From an uncultured Gammaproteobacteria bacterium (GTDB lineage Bacteria; Patescibacteriota; Microgenomatia; JAMCZE01), in NCBI GenBank assembly GCA_964576435.1, contig CAZNUP010000001.1, positions 535,551-599,550 of the forward strand: DNA of 64,000 bases, read 5' to 3'. Positions within the stretch are counted from its first letter, which is position 1, and every line of letters starts with the position of its first letter. Shown piece by piece: positions 58,107 through 64,000 of this stretch. The notes below the pieces were generated by a model that worked only from the letters and a program-made list of their open reading frames with translations, did not search any database and was not told where the DNA came from. The position numbers and the translations under genes are program-made.

Positions 58107-58970
58107 ATGCCAAAAGATAAATTTAGTGCCACCTGGGTGTCCCATTCTTCAATAGCAGATTTTTTAGCTTGCCCCAGAGCTTACTATTTGAAAAATGTCT
58201 GGAAAAGGCCAGAGACAAAGCACAAAGTTCAAATTGTGACACCATCTCTTTCTTTGGGGTCAGCGGTTCACGAGGTAGTAGAGGCCTTGTCGGTTATCCC
58301 GACCGACAAAAGGTTTGTAGAACCCCTCCTTCCCAAGTTTGAAGCTGTCTGGAAAAGATATCAAGGCAGAGCTGGCGGTTTTTTTGATCCAGAAACCGAA
58401 GCTAAATACAAAACCAGAGGAATCAATATGATTAATAGGATAACAACACACCCCGGCCCTTTAAAAAACCTTGCAGTCAAAATCAACATGGACCTCCCGT
58501 CTTTCTGGCTATCGGAAGAGGAGAATATTATTCTTTGTGGGAAAGTGGATTGGCTTGAATACGATCAGGCAACCGATTCAGTGAGAATTATTGACTTCAA
58601 AACCAGTAAATCCGAGGAAAAAGATGATTCACTCCAGCTTCCTATCTATGTCCTGCTCGCCACAAATTGCCAAAACAAAAAAGTATCCGGTGCTGCCTAT
58701 TGGTATTTGGATTCTAATGAGGAAATTACTCCCAAAGAGTTACCAAACATAGAGGAAACCTTAGAAACGGTTAGAAGACATGCAAGAAGCATTAAAGTGG
58801 CAAGGGCACTAGATAAATTGACTTGTAAATCGAATGGCTGCAGAGCATGTACGCCGTTAGAGAAGATTTTCAAAAACGAAGCAGAATTCGTGGGTGTTAA
58901 TTCTTTTGGTCAAGACTGTTTTGTTGTTCAGGAAAATTCACTAAAAGAGGGCAGTGGAATAATTCTTTAA
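58107..58970 (+). CDS. PD-(D/E)XK nuclease, Cas4/RecB-like with four-Cys cluster
   Basis: N-terminal Cys in LACPRAYYLK. Motif II GKVDWLEYD. Motif III IIDFKTSK. QLPIYVLL. C-terminal CKSNGCRAC. Likely start is MPKDKF, not the 58044 ORF start that overlaps the divergent gene. Confidence 0.6.
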   Translation: MPKDKFSATWVSHSSIADFLACPRAYYLKNVWKRPETKHKVQIVTPSLSLGSAVHEVVEALSVIPTDKRFVEPLLPKFEAVWKRYQGRAGGFFDPETEAKYKTRGINMINRITTHPGPLKNLAVKINMDLPSFWLSEEENIILCGKVDWLEYDQATDSVRIIDFKTSKSEEKDDSLQLPIYVLLATNCQNKKVSGAAYWYLDSNEEITPKELPNIEETLETVRRHARSIKVARALDKLTCKSNGCRACTPLEKIFKNEAEFVGVNSFGQDCFVVQENSLKEGSGIIL

Positions 58971-59191
58971 CTATATTTAACATCTGATGGGTCAGCCATC
59001 AAAGCAAAAACTGCTTTATTTACATTTGTCCTAAGCCAAGTATGTAGATAATTTTCTGGATCATACCAAGCGGGTAAAATTTCTTCCCCGCCGTCTCTAA
59101 TTCCTGCTATCTGCGTTATAGTTTTTCTTTCGCCTCTACTCTCCAAAGAAGCGACATCCTGCGTATTAACTTCAACAAATTCTATCATCAA
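58967..59191 (-). CDS. hypothetical protein (74 aa)
   Basis: ORF only. Confidence 0.3.
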   Translation of the reverse strand: MMIEFVEVNTQDVASLESRGERKTITQIAGIRDGGEEILPAWYDPENYLHTWLRTNVNKAVFALMADPSDVKYS

Positions 59192-59246
59192 TTAAGGATT
59201 ATACCGATACAACAATCAAAAAACAATATTTGATATAGTTAATATA

Positions 59247-60581
59247 ATGAAATCAATTAAATTTTTAGGTGCCGCAGGAATGGTTACGGGTTCTTGCTAT
59301 AAACTCACAAGTGACAATGGGACCGAGCTATTAATTGACCAAGGTATGTTCCAAGGGCTTCAAAAAGAAGTAGCTTGGAATTATGAACCGCTCCAATATA
59401 ATCCTGCAAATCTTTCCGCCGTTCTCTTAACACACGCCCATCTTGATCATTGTGGAAGACTTCCCCTACTACCAAAACACGGTTTCCGAGGTCAACTTTA
59501 TATGACCAAGCCTACTTTAGATTTGATTGACTTAAGTTTGCACGACGCCGCTAAAATTGCTTCTGAAAACCCAAGAGGGGCACTTTATAGTGATTCTGAT
59601 GTTAACCAAACACTGGCTCAAAGTGAGACCATTGGCTACCACCAAACTTTTAAAGTTGGAGACTGCACAATTAGATATGTTGATGCTGGCCACCTTCTAG
59701 GTTCTGCCTCAATTGAAATAACAGATAGTCAAAAAATCGTTTTTAGTGGCGATCTAGGAAACACTCCACAACTTATTATTGAGCCAACTGAATTTATACA
59801 AAGTTCTGATTTTGTAGTTATGGAATCAACGTATGGTGACAAAAACCATCCTGATGAAAGTCCAATTGAAATCATAATGAAAGAAATAAATATAGTAGAA
59901 CAAACTGGAGGAACTCTTTTAATTCCTGCCTTCGCCTTAGAAAGAACGCAAGATATTTTGCTTTTAATTGGTGAACTGAAGCGGCTGGGCAAAATTAAAG
60001 CAGAAACCCCAATCTTCTTAGATTCCCCAATGGCAATTAAAGCAACAGAAATTTATTTTGACTATTCTGACTTTTTTAATCCCGAAACTAGGGAGCAATT
60101 TAGACATGAAAACCCTTTTAACTTTGACGGTTTAGAGGTTGTTGAACAGTTCAAATTTAGTCAAAAGATTAAAAAGATAAAGGGTCCCAAGGTTATTATT
60201 GCAGGTTCTGGCATGATGACAGGCGGAAGAATCTTAAATCAAGCAAAAGAATTTCTCCCAAAAAAAAATACCCGATTATTATTTGTTGGTTACCAAGGGG
60301 AAGAAACCATGGGGAGAGATATATTAGAAGGTGCTGAAAGTGTTCAAATTGATAAAAAATATGTTCCAATTCATGCCTCAATAAGTGAAACTCATTCTTT
60401 AAGTTCCCATGCAGATCAACAAAGACTTTTAAATTGGTTAGGAAAGATAAACGGCGTTAAAAAACTATTTTTAACCCATGGTGATGAAGAGCCAAGGAGG
60501 GTTCTTTCTGAAAAGATAAAAGCAGATTCAATTATTGCTCAAGTGTTCTTACCAGCCATGAATGAAGAAATTAATTTTTAA
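59247..60581 (+). CDS. MBL-fold beta-CASP family hydrolase (RNA-metabolising nuclease type)
   Basis: HAHLDHCG motif 2, downstream D and H motifs, 444 aa beta-CASP layout. Confidence 0.7.
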   Translation: MKSIKFLGAAGMVTGSCYKLTSDNGTELLIDQGMFQGLQKEVAWNYEPLQYNPANLSAVLLTHAHLDHCGRLPLLPKHGFRGQLYMTKPTLDLIDLSLHDAAKIASENPRGALYSDSDVNQTLAQSETIGYHQTFKVGDCTIRYVDAGHLLGSASIEITDSQKIVFSGDLGNTPQLIIEPTEFIQSSDFVVMESTYGDKNHPDESPIEIIMKEINIVEQTGGTLLIPAFALERTQDILLLIGELKRLGKIKAETPIFLDSPMAIKATEIYFDYSDFFNPETREQFRHENPFNFDGLEVVEQFKFSQKIKKIKGPKVIIAGSGMMTGGRILNQAKEFLPKKNTRLLFVGYQGEETMGRDILEGAESVQIDKKYVPIHASISETHSLSSHADQQRLLNWLGKINGVKKLFLTHGDEEPRRVLSEKIKADSIIAQVFLPAMNEEINF

Positions 60582-61297
60582 TAGATGGACATGGTCTCAA
60601 TGGTTCTCTCCACATCAGACAAGTCACCTAAACAATTCCCAGAAAAGACATAGTTATTTTTCTTTCCTATAACTTCGGCCTGAGCATTATTACAAAGACC
60701 TGTCGCTTCCCATTCAACAACTGATTTTCCACCAATTTCTTTAGTAGTCGGTCCAGAAACCCACAAACTGCCATCGCCCTTTTCTTTATTCAGTTCACTA
60801 ACAGTTAATACTTGGCTTCTTTGGGGTACAATACTTAACCTATTTGTTCTGCCCATACCACATCCCTCCACAACAGTTAGTCCTCCATAAGAGATACCAC
60901 CATCGAAAGTGTCATAAGGATTAAGTTTATAAATATCACTCAACCACTTTTTATTGTTTGGAAGACTGACTGAAAAATCAGAATTTTTATAAACAAATGT
61001 TTCGTCAGCTGAATCAGTGTTAATTTTACCTGCCGCACTTCCATTACAACCTTGCCCATACTTTTCAAAAGAAAAATAAACGCCGTTTTCGTTTGGTAAA
61101 AGTAATTGGCGGTTATCATTTGGGGTTGGACTGGGAAAAACCGATGTTTGTGAAGTGGTGTTTTGGTTAATCTGTTGTGGTTTAAACTGTTCTATTTGCT
61201 GACTAAGTTTCTGATTTTGCATCCACAAATATCCAAAACCTCCAAATAAAATCAAAACCAATATTAAAAGCAAAACAAGGATAATTGAGCGAATCAC
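60578..61297 (-). CDS. hypothetical membrane-anchored extracellular protein, paralogous anchor to 53205-53881
   Basis: TM helix followed by GYLWMQNQKLSQQ. Confidence 0.45.
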   Translation of the reverse strand: MIRSIILVLLLILVLILFGGFGYLWMQNQKLSQQIEQFKPQQINQNTTSQTSVFPSPTPNDNRQLLLPNENGVYFSFEKYGQGCNGSAAGKINTDSADETFVYKNSDFSVSLPNNKKWLSDIYKLNPYDTFDGGISYGGLTVVEGCGMGRTNRLSIVPQRSQVLTVSELNKEKGDGSLWVSGPTTKEIGGKSVVEWEATGLCNNAQAEVIGKKNNYVFSGNCLGDLSDVERTIETMSIY

Positions 61298-61312
61298 CTA
61301 ACTAGAGTATCA

Positions 61313-61819
61313 CTAATTTTTTGTAAACACCATGGTTCCCGAGTCATAAGGAAGCATAAACCAAAGTTCATTTCCGGAAACTTTATATGAGTTTACTTGT
61401 TGAAGCTGTGCTGAATATGTAGCTTCCTGTGATCCTTCGCAGTACATCATTGTAGAAGCCAGTGGTGAAACCACCATTCCATTATCTTGGCCGGTTAGAC
61501 TGATGCTCCCATGTAGTGAATTACAATCTGTGGTGGAAGAAAGATTTCCTTCTGGTGAAAGAGTCATAACAAAAGACTCTTCCTTAATTGGTGTTGTGAC
61601 TGCTCCGTCGGACATGGTAGTTTTTGTCCAAGTCCATTCTCCAACCATCGTTTGATCGAATGGCGCTGAACTAACTGTTGGCGTTGGTGTGGTTGTGGTA
61701 ATTCCAGAATCTGGATTTGTTGGTTGAGAATCAGCTGGTCTCATTTTTACAAAAACAAAAAGACCCAAGATGAAAACCGCAATTATACCGATCACCAAAT
61801 ATGTGTTCTTCTTTTCCAT
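61313..61819 (-). CDS. META/HslJ-like (DUF306) secreted protein
   Basis: TM/signal anchor, PT linker, W…T…LxG…YxGxxxxL…M pattern of META domains. Confidence 0.5.
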   Translation of the reverse strand: MEKKNTYLVIGIIAVFILGLFVFVKMRPADSQPTNPDSGITTTTPTPTVSSAPFDQTMVGEWTWTKTTMSDGAVTTPIKEESFVMTLSPEGNLSSTTDCNSLHGSISLTGQDNGMVVSPLASTMMYCEGSQEATYSAQLQQVNSYKVSGNELWFMLPYDSGTMVFTKN

Positions 61820-61842
61820 AGTTTGGATGATATCATATTTAT

Positions 61843-62445
61843 ATGAAACTGTCTTTCCCCGGAATTGTTACCGCGGAAATTGTGGAAGCTCGTTTTGCCT
61901 TTTCTGGAAAAATTTCTAGTGTCACTAAAAACACAGGAGATAAAATAAAACAATGGGAATGGATTGCTTCGCTTGATAAAAAACAACTTCAAACTGAACT
62001 GGATAAAGAACTTTTAGATTACGAAAGAGTTAGGGCGGCCTTTGACAAGGATCACAGTCTTCAAAATTCTTTAGACATTTCTATAAAAAATGTTGAACTA
62101 GCAAAATCTAAACTAGATCAAGTCAATTTAATTTCCCCAGTCGAAGGAATTATCATTGATAATAATCTCCGCATTGGCTTAAATGCTACCCCTGCAGGAA
62201 ATTCAGTAAAAATTTTAGATACTAATTCTTATAAATTTGAATTCGCAATAACTCAAAATGATTTAGAAAATTTTAAGGGACCAAGAAAAATCTTAATTAC
62301 TTTCTTTAAAGGATCTAAAGATGATGTAGAAGCAGAGACTTTAGTGCCATTTATGGGCGATAAAGGGAAATTCAAGATTACTGCTAAACTTTCCAAGTCT
62401 GATTTTATTCTTCCAGGTTTAGAAGGTGAAGCCGGGTTTATATAA
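61843..62445 (+). CDS. hypothetical protein (200 aa)
   Basis: ORF only. Confidence 0.35.
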   Translation: MKLSFPGIVTAEIVEARFAFSGKISSVTKNTGDKIKQWEWIASLDKKQLQTELDKELLDYERVRAAFDKDHSLQNSLDISIKNVELAKSKLDQVNLISPVEGIIIDNNLRIGLNATPAGNSVKILDTNSYKFEFAITQNDLENFKGPRKILITFFKGSKDDVEAETLVPFMGDKGKFKITAKLSKSDFILPGLEGEAGFI

Positions 62446-62453
62446 ATGGTTAG

Positions 62454-62870
62454 CTATAAAATTTTAAGGTCACAGGTGTATCCAACGGTATAAAGCATTT
62501 TCCCCTCACGATTTAAATGCTTCGAAATAGTCATACCTGCTTCCGGAAACTCAAATAATGACGCTGGGCCAAACTCATTTTTGAAGTCCTTACGCTCTAC
62601 TTTATCTGGACCGTTAATGCTAATAATTTCAGCATTGATATCTGTCTTAACTTGGTTGTTGCCAATTAGTAACGTGGCATCCTCAGGTGGAAGCATCTCC
62701 GCTTGATTTTCTTCAGAATTTAAGCACAAATAGGCTACTATTTGATTTAAATTAACAACGCGATTATCCCTTCGTGTAAATCTGGCACAACTACTAATTG
62801 CTAATATTGTAATTAGTAAGCTGGACGCAATGTAAGAAAATCTGCCAAGTTCTGATGATTTCATTGTCAT
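62454..62870 (-). CDS. hypothetical secreted protein (138 aa)
   Basis: Signal-peptide-like N-terminus. Confidence 0.35.
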   Translation of the reverse strand: MTMKSSELGRFSYIASSLLITILAISSCARFTRRDNRVVNLNQIVAYLCLNSEENQAEMLPPEDATLLIGNNQVKTDINAEIISINGPDKVERKDFKNEFGPASLFEFPEAGMTISKHLNREGKMLYTVGYTCDLKIL

Positions 62871-62948
62871 ATTATATACTATAAGATATTATTATGCCAA
62901 TTTGATATAATATAGACATAAGCCGCGAGGGCGGTTTTTTAATTGCCT

Positions 62949-64000
62949 ATGAACATTAGAAATGTCGCGATCATCGCTCACGTTGACCACGGTAAAACAA
63001 CCTTGGTTGATGCTCTTTTGCGTCAAACCCAAACAGTCATGACAAAAGACCAAGAAGCCTCTGGTGATTTGATCATGGATTCAAATGAACTGGAAAAGGA
63101 AAGGGGTATCACCATTTTTTCAAAAAATGCCTCAGTCATCTATAAAGACACCAAAATTAATATCATAGATACTCCAGGTCACGCCGATTTTGGTGGGGAA
63201 GTGGAGCGAGTTTTGAAAATGGCTGACGGAGCACTTCTTTTAGTTGATGCCAAAGAAGGGCCTATGCCTCAAACCAGATTTGTTTTGAAAAAAGCCTTAG
63301 CTCTTGGGTTAAAGATTATTGTTGTCATTAATAAGATTGACAAGCCAGATGCTAGACCAGAATGGGTCGTTGGAAAAACCTTTGATCTTTTCGTGGAGCT
63401 TGGTGCCGCTGAAGAACATGCCTTTTTCCCAACAATATATGCCGTTGGAAGAGATGGCAAAGCAGGAATGGAACCAGATATTTCTAAGATGGAAAATATA
63501 ACAACTATTTTTGACACTATTATTAAAGAAATCCCAGCCCCTTCAGGAGACCCAGAAAAGCCACTTCAGGTTTTAGTCACAACTATTAAAGGCGACACGC
63601 ACAAGGGGAGAATCGCTACTGGAAAAATTGCTAATGGGAAAATTAAGAATCGCCAAGAAATTGTTCATATAAATAGAGAGGGGGAACAAAAGAAGTTCCA
63701 AGTCACATCCCTCATTACCTATAGTGGCCTTCAAGCGGTTGAAATTCAAGAAGCTGAAGCCGGTGACATTGTAGGTATTGCTGGAATTCCAGATGTCAAC
63801 ATTGGTGAAACTATAGCAGACCCAATAACGCCAATTGCTTTACCTCTCATTGAGGTGGAACAGCCAACCGTCAAAATGACATTTATGGTAAATTCTAGCC
63901 CCTTTGCAGGAAAAGAAGGAAAGTTCACAACCTCAAGACAAATTAGAGAGCGCTTAATGAAAGAGTTGGAAACAGACATGGCATTAAGAGTTGCTGATAA
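62949..64000 (+). CDS. typA: translational GTPase TypA/BipA (3' end cut by window)
   Basis: IRNVAIIAHVDHGKTTLVD, DTPGHADFGGEVER and NKIDK G-motifs. Not in the ORF track because it has no stop within the window. Confidence 0.85.
   Translation, partial: MNIRNVAIIAHVDHGKTTLVDALLRQTQTVMTKDQEASGDLIMDSNELEKERGITIFSKNASVIYKDTKINIIDTPGHADFGGEVERVLKMADGALLLVDAKEGPMPQTRFVLKKALALGLKIIVVINKIDKPDARPEWVVGKTFDLFVELGAAEEHAFFPTIYAVGRDGKAGMEPDISKMENITTIFDTIIKEIPAPSGDPEKPLQVLVTTIKGDTHKGRIATGKIANGKIKNRQEIVHINREGEQKKFQVTSLITYSGLQAVEIQEAEAGDIVGIAGIPDVNIGETIADPITPIALPLIEVEQPTVKMTFMVNSSPFAGKEGKFTTSRQIRERLMKELETDMALRVAD

Noticed and set aside
53030-58970. An intact integrative mobile element at tRNA-Glu.
   Set aside because: No integrase, recombinase, transposase or relaxase gene is present anywhere in the window. 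Only repeat scars and cargo-like small genes are present, so it is reported as a cassette-like remnant rather than a mobile_element feature.
58107-58970. The Cas4-like nuclease as evidence of a CRISPR-Cas system.
   Set aside because: No repeat-spacer array and no cas1, cas2 or effector genes are present within 64 kb.
62903-62925. Hairpin AAGCCGCGAGGGCGGTTTTTT as an intrinsic terminator upstream of typA.
   Set aside because: The stem is only 4 bp and is on the plus strand, but the only upstream gene is on the minus strand. It is more likely part of the typA 5' leader. It is left uncalled.

Overview
This is a low-GC (roughly 35-40% by eye) bacterial chromosome segment. It has many short hypothetical ORFs and overlapping gene ends, and the gene content is consistent with an uncultivated Patescibacteria/CPR-like or similar small-genome bacterium; that placement is an inference and cannot be confirmed here. 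The core content is housekeeping genes: ileS (5'-truncated), ftsW/rodA, the rplU-rpmA pair with a methyltransferase gene inserted between them, parB-like, two tandem lepB, rarA, polX, lemA, htpX, asnB, gatCAB, dnaE, rplS and typA (3'-truncated). There are five canonical tRNAs: Thr-CGT, Gly-CCC, Asp-GTC, Lys-TTT and Glu-TTC. A roughly 9-kb cell-surface glycosylation locus (13.3-22.6 kb) carries GT2, GT1 and GT-C-like membrane glycosyltransferases plus an O-antigen-ligase-like protein. Several secreted proteins are present, including a BNR-propeller/lipase fusion, a Cys-pair tandem-repeat protein and a LysM protein. A block of HAD, S51 and alpha/beta hydrolases follows. Two features stand out. 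(1) Downstream of tRNA-Glu (53.0-56.4 kb) lies a cassette-like accessory region. Four ~70-nt direct repeats and three shorter related elements each retain a decayed copy of the tRNA-Glu anticodon-loop-to-3'-end segment, and they separate single small genes. This looks like serial site-specific integration at tRNA-Glu or an integron-like array, but no integrase is present in the window. (2) A 75-nt intergenic element at 8052-8126 folds into a perfect four-stem cloverleaf with anticodon CAC, discriminator A and a genome-encoded CCA. Its acceptor stem is identical to that of tRNA-Asp, but its D-loop and T-loop are non-canonical. Three genes are disrupted: a short-chain dehydrogenase frameshifted in an A7 run, a HAD hydrolase with an in-frame TGA, and an IDI-like Nudix gene with G/C homopolymer frameshifts. 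These are either real pseudogenes or homopolymer sequencing errors. No CRISPR array, rRNA gene or intact mobile element was found.
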